From assembly GCA_900549545.1 (NCBI GenBank), contig URPA01000001.1, positions 27,275-91,274 on the forward strand: a DNA stretch of 64,000 nt, read 5' to 3'. Source of the stretch: an uncultured Eubacteriales bacterium. Its GTDB lineage: Bacteria; Bacillota; Clostridia; Oscillospirales; Oscillospiraceae. Below are positions 1 through 7,748 of the stretch, piece by piece. Made by a program: the position numbers and the translations under genes. The notes below the pieces were generated by a model, which searched no databases, was not told the DNA's origin, and saw only the letters and a program-made list of their open reading frames with translations. Positions within the stretch are counted from its first letter, which is position 1, and each line of letters begins with the position of its first letter.

Positions 1-20
1 CCCACACCGAAGCGCACCAA

Positions 21-347
21 ATGGCCTATGATTTTTCGGTGTACCTTCATGAGAAAATGAAGAAATTTCCGCACTATGAAAAATTCACGCTGCAAAAGGA
101 TATTCGGGAAAGTATCGACGGAATACTGGACGAAATAGAAATGTTTGAGATCACAAAGGTAGCAAGTCACCTATACGCGGCCGACCGCTTAAAAAGACGA
201 CTGGTACGAAAGATCCGGCTTGCTTACGATCTGGGATATTCGGCCATGAACAAAGACGCCTATTTCTATTGTGCCAAACAGACCGGAGCGATCGGCGCGC
301 AGATCGGCGGCCTGATAAAGTCGATCGCAGAAAATAAGAGAAAATAA
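21..347 (+). CDS. avd: DGR accessory variability determinant, Avd-like four-helix-bundle protein. The true start may lie upstream of the window edge.
   Basis: 108 aa with KKFPxxEKF, LAYDLGY and GLIKS motifs typical of the Avd/four-helix-bundle family. It sits directly upstream of a template-repeat-like segment and a DGR-type RT. The reading frame stays open back to position 3. Confidence 0.55.
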   Translation: MAYDFSVYLHEKMKKFPHYEKFTLQKDIRESIDGILDEIEMFEITKVASHLYAADRLKRRLVRKIRLAYDLGYSAMNKDAYFYCAKQTGAIGAQIGGLIKSIAENKRK

Positions 348-376
348 TAAAATTTGGGGCAACCGTTAATTCGCAC

Positions 377-515
377 TTCACGCGCTCATTGGCGGCGGCA
401 ATTGGAACAACGGCGTTCACGACGGTTCGCGCGCGGTCAACGCCAACAATTACCCGTGGAACGTCAACGGCAACATTGGCGTGTGGTGCGTGTGTGACTT
501 GTAAAATCGCATAGA
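377..515 (+). repeat. DGR template repeat (TR), approximate boundaries
   Basis: Non-coding spacer between avd and the RT. One frame reads LIGGGNWNNGVHDGSRAVNANNYPWNVNGNIGVWCVCDL followed by a stop. This resembles the C-terminal variable segment of C-type-lectin-fold DGR targets, with in-frame AAC codons at the expected variable positions. Confidence 0.6.
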
Positions 516-669
516 CCGCGCGATCTCCGGATCCACGGCAAGGGTTATATATGAATAATCAAAATATATAGTCAGACGGTTCGCACAGACGGCCGGAAGG
601 CCGTTCCCGTTCCGGAGAGAAGCCGGACAAAAGAACAAAGGCACCGCCGAAAAGTAGGCCTGAAATGGG

Positions 670-1725
670 GTGAAATGCGGTAGGGCAAACATGAAAACAA
701 TTAAAAACTTAATAGGTAAAATCTGTACTTTCCCGAACGCGATCAAAGCGTACATGAAGGCCCGGAAATGTAAAAGGCTTCGCCCGGAAGTGTTGGAGTT
801 TGAACAGAACAGGGAAGACAACCTTCAAAAAGCAATAGACGCCATACAAAGCGGTGACTATACGCCGGGAAAGTATAGAATTTTCAAAGTGTGGGAGCCA
901 AAAGAAAGAATTATTATGGCGCTTCCGTTCTTCGATCGTGTAATTCAACACATGATCGTAAATATTATTGAACCGATTTTTGAAAAGCGGTTCATTTTCC
1001 ATTCATACGCCTGCAGGAAAGGGAAGGGCGCGCACGAAGCAAGCGACACCCTTTCAAAATGGCTTTATGAACTGGAAGTGGTACAGGGGAAGAAAATCTA
1101 TGCAATAAAGGGAGATATACACCACTATTTCCAGAGCGTAGCGCACGACGTATTAAAGAAAGAGATCCGGCGGTATATTTCAGATAAAGCACTTTTGAAA
1201 ATTCTGGATCGGATCATAGATCACAACGGCATTTTCCCGCCGGGCGTGGGAATACCAGTCGGGAACCTTACTTCACAGTTATTCGCGAATGTATACTTGA
1301 ACAAACTGGATCAATATGTAAAACACGTCCTGAAAATAAAATATTATGTTCGCTATATGGACGATTTTATAATATTATCAGAGGATCCGGAAGAGTTGCG
1401 GCACGTTCTGGAACTGATAGAAGAATTTCTTCGCCGGGAATTAAAACTGGAACTGAACCCGAAGACAACGATCCTTGCAGCAAAGAACGGAATAAACTTC
1501 GTAGGGTATATTCACTTCAAAGATCACAAGAGGGTAAGAAAGGACGCCATGCGGCGCCTAAAGAAATTATTAAAAGCCTTCGACACCGGGGAAGTAGAAC
1601 TGGAAGACTTCGATCGTTCAATCGAAAGCAGGTTCGGCCACATGAAACACGCAGACAGCTATATTTTGATAGAGGAAACACAGGAGAAAATAAAAGAAAT
1701 CAAGGAAAGGAAGGCGTCGGCCTGA
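670..1725 (+). CDS. diversity-generating retroelement reverse transcriptase
   Basis: 351 aa. RT motifs are present, including YVRYMDDFII (YxDD). The DGR-specific motif-4 signature IPVGNLTSQLFANVYL is present, with SQ in place of the QG seen in group II intron and retron RTs. The size is typical of DGR RTs. An alternative start is at 691. Confidence 0.8.
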   Translation: MKCGRANMKTIKNLIGKICTFPNAIKAYMKARKCKRLRPEVLEFEQNREDNLQKAIDAIQSGDYTPGKYRIFKVWEPKERIIMALPFFDRVIQHMIVNIIEPIFEKRFIFHSYACRKGKGAHEASDTLSKWLYELEVVQGKKIYAIKGDIHHYFQSVAHDVLKKEIRRYISDKALLKILDRIIDHNGIFPPGVGIPVGNLTSQLFANVYLNKLDQYVKHVLKIKYYVRYMDDFIILSEDPEELRHVLELIEEFLRRELKLELNPKTTILAAKNGINFVGYIHFKDHKRVRKDAMRRLKKLLKAFDTGEVELEDFDRSIESRFGHMKHADSYILIEETQEKIKEIKERKASA

Positions 1726-1777
1726 AAACAGGTCAGAAATTGCCGCCCTTTCCTTTTATTATCTTTATAAAAGAAAG

Positions 1778-2278
1778 GTGGTGAAAAACATGGAAAAGTT
1801 AATTCATATCTATGCGGAAGCAGCGGGAAACACATTTTTGCAGTTAGTTTTGATCGCGGTGGTGATTGATACGATTTTCGGAGTTCTTCGCGCGATCAAG
1901 GAAAGAAGGTTCAATTCTAATTTCGGGATCAACGGCGCGATCAGAAAATGCGGAATGTTAGTTTGCCTTCTTGCACTGGTTACGGTGGATCATATTGTAG
2001 CGGTAAACCTGATCGGTTTCATTCCGCAGGAAGTGCGCGCAGTAATGGCGGTAGACAGGATCGGAACAATGGAGTTCTTCGCGATCCTTTTTGTAGCCTA
2101 TGAGATCATAAGCATTTTGAAAAATATGTATCTTTGCGGCCTTCCAGTAAAGAAGATCTGGCAGACTGTAAAGGCATTTCTGCAGAAGTACACAGACGAA
2201 CTTCCGACAGACGAAGAAGCGGAAGAACCGGAAACACTGGAAGAGACAGCAGCGCAGGAAGAAGGGGCGGCAAAATGA
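1778..2278 (+). CDS. phage holin (holin family 4_1 / LL-H-like); alternative start at 1790
   Basis: 166 aa with an N-terminal hydrophobic segment and an acidic C-terminal tail. It lies immediately upstream of the endolysin, and its stop overlaps the endolysin start (ATGA). Confidence 0.65.
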   Translation: MVKNMEKLIHIYAEAAGNTFLQLVLIAVVIDTIFGVLRAIKERRFNSNFGINGAIRKCGMLVCLLALVTVDHIVAVNLIGFIPQEVRAVMAVDRIGTMEFFAILFVAYEIISILKNMYLCGLPVKKIWQTVKAFLQKYTDELPTDEEAEEPETLEETAAQEEGAAK

Positions 2279-4083
2279 CGAAAAAAGAATTTGTTTCACT
2301 GTTAGGGGAGCAGGCCCGCGCCGATATGGCGAAAACGGGGATCCTTGCAAGTCTCACGACAGCGCAGGGAATACTTGAAAGCGGGTATGGTACAAGAGAA
2401 CTTGCAGTGAACGCGAATAATATTTTCGGAATGAAAGCCGAACTTTCCGGCAATAACTGGCCGTCCGATTGGGGCGGCCAGACCTACACAAAGGAAACGA
2501 ACGAACAGAAGCCGAACGGCGAAGTCTACACAATAACGGCAGCGTTCCGAAAATATGAGAGCATGGCCGAAAGTATCAAGGATCATTCCGATTACTTAGC
2601 AGGAGCGAAGCAAGGGAACGATCTTCGATATGCGGGACTTGTGGGCGAAAGAGACTACAAGAAAGCGATCCAGATCGTAAAGGCCGGCGGCTATGCGACG
2701 GACAATAATTACGTTTCAAAAATATGTTCCATTATAGAAAAATGGAACTTGACACAGTACGACACACAGGAAGCGGGGCAGAATATGAATATTAAAATCA
2801 TTGACGCAACCATGAAGAAAAGCCCGTGTTTAACAGGCGGGCGCACGATCGAACCGATCGGCCCTTATCTTCATTCTATCGGTTGCCCTTGCGAAAAAGC
2901 AATAAGCATAATTAACAATGAGAACCGCGCAGACGCCGGCGCAGGCGTTCACGCGGTTATTCAGCACACCGGGGAAGTTTACGTGGGACTTCCGATCGAT
3001 CCGGAAAAGAAAACGGCCGTTAGAAACTGGCATGGTGGCAGCGGACCGAAGGGAAGTTGTAATAATACCCATATCGGCGTAGAAATGACAGAGCCGGCCA
3101 CGATTAAATATACCGGCGGCGCGTCGTGGATCGAACTTTCAGACGGTAGCAACACGAAGGCGGTTGTTCTGAAAAATTATAGAAACGCCGTGGAATACTT
3201 CGCGTATTTGTGCCAGAAGTTCGGGTGGAACCCGGAGAAAGACGGCGTTATTCTTTCCCATTCGGAAGGACACGCCCGCGGGTATGCCACAAACCACGCA
3301 GACGTTGAACATATTTGGAAAAAGTACGGCCTGACAATGGACCAGTTCAGAAAGGACGTAAAAGCAGCCATGGCAGGCGACGCCATTTCGGTTTCAGGAT
3401 CGCCCGCGGTGACAGACACGGGCGCGCAGGGCGTGAAGGCGCTTTCTGGTACGGTAACGGTAATTTACACCGGATCCGACGACTTGAACGTGAGAACAAC
3501 GCCTTCGTTTACTTCCGGAAATGTGAAGAAGGTTGTAAAAAATGGCGCAGCCTTCACGGTTACCGGAATTTCCAAAGACGAAAAATGGTACCAGATCAAC
3601 GACGGCGGGGCAGCGGCCTATATAACAGCCGTTCCGGACTATGTTTCATTCAAGGCAACACCGGAACAGAAGGCAAGCACAGCGGGAACCGGTTATTTCA
3701 GAGTAAGGAAAGACTGGAAGGACGCGGCAAGCCAGATCGGAGCCTTCAAGGATAGAGAAAACGCCGTGGAACTGGCAAAGCAGAACGCCGGTTATTACGT
3801 CTTTGACAATGACGGAAACAGGATCTACCCGGAAGCACCGGCGGCGCCGGTTGCTGCAGAATACAAAGTGAACGTGACGACTTCGGATCTTCGTATCAGG
3901 AAAGGACCGGGAACAACGTTCGACTACTGGAAGAAAGAAGGAAAACCAGTCTACACAGGAAAGGGAACCTTTACAATCGTAGAGGAAGTAGAAGGCCCCG
4001 GCGCTTCAAAATGGGGCTTACTGAAAGCCTACGCCGCAGGCCGTAACGGTTGGGTTTCCCTTGACTACGCAAAGAAAGCGTAA
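2275..4083 (+). CDS. phage endolysin with three parts: an N-terminal glucosaminidase (LytD/FlgJ-like), a central amidase_2 (PGRP-like N-acetylmuramoyl-L-alanine amidase), and C-terminal SH3b-like wall-binding repeats
   Basis: Start ATG 2275 overlaps the holin stop. The upstream extension in the ORF track (from 2134) overlaps the holin in another frame. Domain-level sequence similarity supports all three parts. Confidence 0.8.
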   Translation: MTKKEFVSLLGEQARADMAKTGILASLTTAQGILESGYGTRELAVNANNIFGMKAELSGNNWPSDWGGQTYTKETNEQKPNGEVYTITAAFRKYESMAESIKDHSDYLAGAKQGNDLRYAGLVGERDYKKAIQIVKAGGYATDNNYVSKICSIIEKWNLTQYDTQEAGQNMNIKIIDATMKKSPCLTGGRTIEPIGPYLHSIGCPCEKAISIINNENRADAGAGVHAVIQHTGEVYVGLPIDPEKKTAVRNWHGGSGPKGSCNNTHIGVEMTEPATIKYTGGASWIELSDGSNTKAVVLKNYRNAVEYFAYLCQKFGWNPEKDGVILSHSEGHARGYATNHADVEHIWKKYGLTMDQFRKDVKAAMAGDAISVSGSPAVTDTGAQGVKALSGTVTVIYTGSDDLNVRTTPSFTSGNVKKVVKNGAAFTVTGISKDEKWYQINDGGAAAYITAVPDYVSFKATPEQKASTAGTGYFRVRKDWKDAASQIGAFKDRENAVELAKQNAGYYVFDNDGNRIYPEAPAAPVAAEYKVNVTTSDLRIRKGPGTTFDYWKKEGKPVYTGKGTFTIVEEVEGPGASKWGLLKAYAAGRNGWVSLDYAKKA

Positions 4084-4148
4084 AACGTAACTATCGACAG
4101 TTCATGAAAACCCCTTGAAAGTCAAGAAAAAAGGAAAATATATCACCG

Positions 4149-4180
4149 AAACCCCGTCAATAAAAGGCGGGGTTTATTAT
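4149..4180 (+). terminator. rho-independent terminator after the endolysin
   Basis: Stem aaaccccg/cggggttt (8 bp) with an 11-nt loop, followed by a T/A-rich run. Confidence 0.55.
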
Positions 4181-4191
4181 TTAAAAAAATA

Positions 4192-4241
4192 TAACATATT
4201 CCGGAATATATATTGACATATTCCGGAATATGTTATATAAT
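4192..4241 (+). promoter_or_regulatory. consensus sigma-70-type promoter (TTGACA - 17 bp - TATAAT) embedded in two direct copies of a 14-bp perfect palindrome, atattccggaatat. Putative operator.
   Basis: TTGACA at 4213-4218 and TATAAT at 4236-4241, with an exact 17-bp spacer. Palindrome copies lie at about 4196-4209 and 4219-4232 and overlap the -35 element and the spacer. Confidence 0.65.
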
Positions 4242-4298
4242 AAAGACAGTTAAGGAAGACTTAACGAATACATGGGCAAGCATAGAAAGGAGAACAAC

Positions 4299-4430
4299 AT
4301 GAGCGAAATGGATAAAAAGGAAATAAAAGAAGTCATAGAATGGTGTGACGAAAAGGGGCATAGCGAACATGAAATCTTAGAATTGATAAGACGAATTGTC
4401 GACGCGAAGCCGCGAGAAGAAAATGAATAA
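4299..4430 (+). CDS. hypothetical 43-aa protein, below the ORF-track length cutoff
   Basis: ATG at 4299 lies 7 nt after a GGAG-type Shine-Dalgarno (aaaggagaacaac). The product is MSEMDKKEIKEVIEWCDEKGHSEHEILELIRRIVDAKPREENE. It is the first gene downstream of the operator-promoter. Confidence 0.45.
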   Translation: MSEMDKKEIKEVIEWCDEKGHSEHEILELIRRIVDAKPREENE

Positions 4431-4511
4431 GAAATAAGGGACACAGAAAGGGCGGTGGACTTGCCAAAGCCGCCCGATCCGTTAAATTCATTATAAAAGG
4501 AATAAGACAAA

Positions 4512-4733
4512 ATGGCAAGAGCAAAGAACGAAGAGTTTAACCAGATTAAATATCAGAACGAATTTAAGAAGGCAAATTATGATCGCGTGGAAATCCTTGT
4601 GAAAAAAGGAGAAAGGGCAATTATAAAAGAAATAGCAGCAGCAGCAGGACAAAACGTAAGTGAATATATAAATCAGGCGATAAAAGAAAGAATGGAACGC
4701 GATCAGCGCATGACGGCAGAAGAACAGGAATAA
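4512..4733 (+). CDS. ribbon-helix-helix (CopG/Arc/MetJ-like) DNA-binding protein
   Basis: 73 aa. The pattern RVEILVKKGERAIIKEIAAAAGQNVSEYINQAIKERM shows a beta-strand followed by two helices, typical of RHH proteins. Confidence 0.6.
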   Translation: MARAKNEEFNQIKYQNEFKKANYDRVEILVKKGERAIIKEIAAAAGQNVSEYINQAIKERMERDQRMTAEEQE

Positions 4734-4806
4734 TAAAAAGGACTATATAACAACGGGCGCCGGCCTTTCCAATCTGGAAGGGATAGCGCCCGCTGTGGTT
4801 ATATAG

Positions 4807-5796
4807 TTATCCTTCAAGTACAAGATCATAGAATACATTTTCGGAAAGTATTTCTATGTCGTGGCCTTTGAGGATCAGATCTTCGGCCTTTTTCTGCTTG
4901 TTGCTTTTCCCATCCTTGATAGACTGGCAAAAGTCATTATTACCCAAAATTAAATAGTTCGTTTTCTTCGTGACATTATCGCCAACAGAACCGCCAAAAT
5001 CAACGACTAATTGCATAGCGTCTTTACGCGACATTTTTTCAAGTGTTCCAGTGAACACACACACTTTACCAAAAAGCGGGTGAGAGGTATCGAAAGAAAT
5101 GTTTTCCGTAGAAATATCTTTAGCGTGCAGTTCGCTTCTTTTACTGGATAATTTGAAATCTTCGAGACTTTGTCCGGTGGCTAAAATATCGGCTTGCAAT
5201 TTTTCAAAAATGGCGTTGCATATTTCACAATCAACGGCCGCCCTATGAGCGCCGGCGGTAGAAATTCCGTAATGATCGGCAACGGTTGCTTGCTTATGAT
5301 TTTTTAGACCAGGAAGAATTTTCCGCGCGATCCGCATAACATCAATAAAGGAGTTTGACAAAATAAGCGAGCGACAGTTCAGAAGATTGTCATATAAAAA
5401 GTTAATATCGAAGTTGACGTTATAGCCAACAATAAGATCGGAACCAACGAAATTATAAAATTTTTGCATAGTTTCTGAAATATCCGGGGCGCTTTTCAAC
5501 ATATCGTTCGTAATGCCTGTAAGTGAAGTTATGTATTCGTCGATAGGTTCGGAAGGCTTCACAAGTGTTGAAAAAGTACCGATATTTTGGCCGGAAGAAT
5601 ATTTCATGGCCGAAATTTCAATAATTTCACAGTAACGCGGATCAAGGCCGGTCGTTTCAATGTCGAGTACGGTATAAGTAGAAGGAAAATCTATAACGCT
5701 TTTCCCCTTACCTTTTCGCACGACTTTTTCACGCGATCCGTCGGAAGTGGTGATATACGGGCGTCCGTCTTCGTCAATACCAATAGAAATAAACAT
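4807..5796 (-). CDS. DEDDh 3'-5' exonuclease (DnaQ/epsilon-like) fused to a C-terminal BRCT domain
   Basis: Exo I motif VLDIETTGL, Exo II YNVNFDINFL and Exo III HRAAVDCE give an intact DEDDh set. The C-terminal GKVCVFTGTLEKMSRKDAMQLVVDFGGSV...NYLILGNN segment resembles the LigA-type BRCT domain. Confidence 0.75.
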   Translation of the reverse strand: MFISIGIDEDGRPYITTSDGSREKVVRKGKGKSVIDFPSTYTVLDIETTGLDPRYCEIIEISAMKYSSGQNIGTFSTLVKPSEPIDEYITSLTGITNDMLKSAPDISETMQKFYNFVGSDLIVGYNVNFDINFLYDNLLNCRSLILSNSFIDVMRIARKILPGLKNHKQATVADHYGISTAGAHRAAVDCEICNAIFEKLQADILATGQSLEDFKLSSKRSELHAKDISTENISFDTSHPLFGKVCVFTGTLEKMSRKDAMQLVVDFGGSVGDNVTKKTNYLILGNNDFCQSIKDGKSNKQKKAEDLILKGHDIEILSENVFYDLVLEG

Positions 5797-5879
5797 ATTT
5801 TGTTCCCCCTTGCGGTTAGATTTTTAAGGGCAGCAGGTAGAAAAGTTCGCGTTGCTGACCTTTAGCACAATTTTAGAAA

Positions 5880-5924
5880 CTTTATGTGTTAAAGTCAAGA
5901 AAGTTTCTGAACATTAACACATAA
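5880..5924. promoter_or_regulatory. inverted-repeat operator in the divergent intergenic region
   Basis: A perfect 12-bp inverted repeat: tttatgtgttaa at 5880-5891 and ttaacacataaa at 5913-5924. An inner inverted repeat, agaaacttt / aaagtttct, lies between them. The right arm overlaps the XRE Shine-Dalgarno. Confidence 0.55.
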
Positions 5925-5938
5925 AGGAGCCGCAACGA

Positions 5939-6187
5939 ATGAAAATATATTCATACAGGGGAAAGAAGAACCTTTCCGGTGATAAAATCAGGGAAGCCAG
6001 ATTGAAACAACGCCTTTCACAATCTGATTTAGCGGCAAAAGTACAGATTGCAGGCGTGACACTTGAAAGGGATAGCATAAGCCGGATCGAGATAGGAACC
6101 CGCTTTGTCACTGATTATGAATTAAAAATTTTTGCAAAAGTTTTACACGTAAATGTGGAATGGTTGTTGGAAGAAACCGAAGAATAA
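5939..6187 (+). CDS. XRE-family helix-turn-helix transcriptional regulator
   Basis: 82 aa with an HTH_3 pattern (LKQRLSQSDLAAKVQIAGVTLERDSISRIEIG). Confidence 0.75.
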   Translation: MKIYSYRGKKNLSGDKIREARLKQRLSQSDLAAKVQIAGVTLERDSISRIEIGTRFVTDYELKIFAKVLHVNVEWLLEETEE

Positions 6188-6220
6188 CGCCGGGGCTATA
6201 ATGGCCGCGGCGTTATTTTT
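6186..6220 (+). terminator. rho-independent terminator after the XRE gene
   Basis: Stem aacgccg/cggcgtt with a GC-rich interior, followed by ATTTTT. Confidence 0.5.
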
Positions 6221-6235
6221 GAAAGGATCGAAGCC

Positions 6236-7276
6236 ATGAGACATTTTTACCACCTGACACATGATGATAGAATAAAAATTGAAGCACTTTTGAAAGAAAA
6301 ACACACACCGAAAGAAATTGCAAATAATATCGGTTGCCATATTTCTACAATATATAGAGAACTGAAACGCGGCAGGTATGAACACCGCAATTCTGACTGG
6401 ACAACAGAAGAACGGTACAGTCCAGATATAGCGGACGAAAAATACCGGGAAAATTTGGCCGCAAAAGGTCCGGGGCTAAAAATTGGAAATGATATAGAAT
6501 TAGCGGAGTATATCGAAAATAAGATTGTGAATGAAAAATACTCACCGGGAGCAGTATTAGGAGAAATCAAACACAAGGGAATTACGTTTTCTGTTACAAT
6601 AAGCAAAACGACACTTTATAGTTATATAGACAAGGGAATTTTCCTTCATTTGACAAATAAAGATTTGCCGGTAAAGAAGAATGAAAAAAAGAAATATGAT
6701 AAAGTGCGCAGAACACGGGCGCAAAAGGGCGACAGCATAGAAAAACGCCCGGAAGTAGTAAATACAAGAGAAACGTTCGGACATTGGGAAATGGACACAG
6801 TAGTTGGACTTCGGGGGAAATCGAAAAAATCACTTCTGGTATTAACGGAAAGAAAAACAAGAAAAGAAATCATCATGGAATTAAAACGGCATACGGCCGC
6901 GGAAGTAGTTAAATCATTAAATAAGCTTGAAAGAAAATGGGGAAAAATGTTTTACAAGGTATTTAAAACAATTACCGTTGATAATGGATCGGAATTTGCG
7001 GACTTTGAAGGAATGGAGAAGGCAGCGCGCAGAAAAGGAAGCAGAGTGAAATTATATTATTGTCACCCATATAGCAGTTGTGAAAGGGGGTCAAATGAAA
7101 ATCAAAACAGAATGATCCGGCGGCACGTACCTAAAGGGACAGATTTTGACACGGTGTCCGGCGACACAGTAAAACAGATAGAGATCTGGATCAATAACTA
7201 TCCGCGCCGGTTGTTTAACTATGGAACAGCCGAAGAGCGCTTCAACGAAGAAATGGCAAAGTTAGAAGGTTGTTGA
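6236..7276 (+). mobile_element. IS30-family transposase gene. The inverted repeats of the IS element were not resolved.
   Basis: 346 aa with an N-terminal HTH. The DDE region reads GHWEMDTV ... TVDNGSEF ... NENQNRMIRR, as in IS30 transposases. Confidence 0.8.
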
Positions 7277-7390
7277 ATATGCACAAAAAAGCAGAATGGA
7301 AATTGTGAAAAAGAGAGAACACAAAAACCAGTGATATTTTTCGCATTTAACGCTTGACTTTTTATTTTGAAAAATTTTGCCGAAAAATGA

Positions 7391-7419
7391 TTGACAAATC
7401 ATAAATCATCCTTTATAAT
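7391..7419 (+). promoter_or_regulatory. consensus promoter for tRNA-Leu
   Basis: TTGACA at 7391-7396, a 17-bp spacer, and TATAAT at 7414-7419. Confidence 0.55.
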
Positions 7420-7449
7420 AACCTACGTTGCTTGCGAGAGCAGCGTAAC

Positions 7450-7533
7450 GCAGAAGTGGCGGAATTGGCAGACGCGCACGGTTCAGGTCCGTGTGGTAGT
7501 AATACCTTGTGGGTTCGACTCCCATCTTCTGCA
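7450..7533 (+). tRNA. tRNA-Leu(CAG), class II with a long variable arm. CCA is not encoded.
   Basis: Hand-folded. The acceptor arms GCAGAAG and CTTCTGC pair. The anticodon loop is ttCAGgt. A long variable arm is present. The T arm reads GTGGG-TTCGACT-CCCAT. Confidence 0.75.
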
Positions 7534-7544
7534 CTGGTTCATGG

Positions 7545-7575
7545 AACAGGAAGCTGAATGGCTTCCTGTTTTTGC
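7545..7575 (+). terminator. rho-independent terminator after tRNA-Leu
   Basis: Perfect 10-bp stem aacaggaagc/gcttcctgtt followed by TTTTT. Confidence 0.7.
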
Positions 7576-7748
7576 GTTCTCCGTTACTTTTCGGAGTATG
7601 ACTGAATATGATGCATTTGCAACAGACAAATTCCACCATAAGAGGTAAAGTTTTGATAGTAATTTAGTAGGAAATGGTATATACTGTAAGTTGTGGCTTA
7701 AAATAAGCAGTACAGTGTGTGAAAGAAAAGAAGAGAGGAAGGAACATC

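Noticed and set aside
2134-2274. N-terminal extension of the endolysin ORF in the six-frame track (MRPSSKEDL...GGKM)
   Set aside because: It overlaps the holin gene in another frame and is Arg/Ser/Gly-rich low-complexity sequence. ATG 2275 overlaps the holin stop and begins the recognisable glucosaminidase domain.
3315-3755. 146-aa alternative-frame ORF inside the endolysin (Arg/Gly-rich)
   Set aside because: It is nested out of frame in a gene with clear domain homology and has low-complexity composition.
6207-7368. Possible IS30 terminal repeats: ttattttgaaag near 6207 and ttattttgaaaaa near 7356
   Set aside because: The two copies are in direct rather than inverted orientation and are too short to be convincing. 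The IS boundaries are left unresolved.
7391-7648. Two overlapping ORFs (85 aa on plus, 77 aa on minus) across the tRNA-Leu locus
   Set aside because: They coincide with a well-folding tRNA, its promoter and its terminator. They have no Shine-Dalgarno and no protein-like composition.
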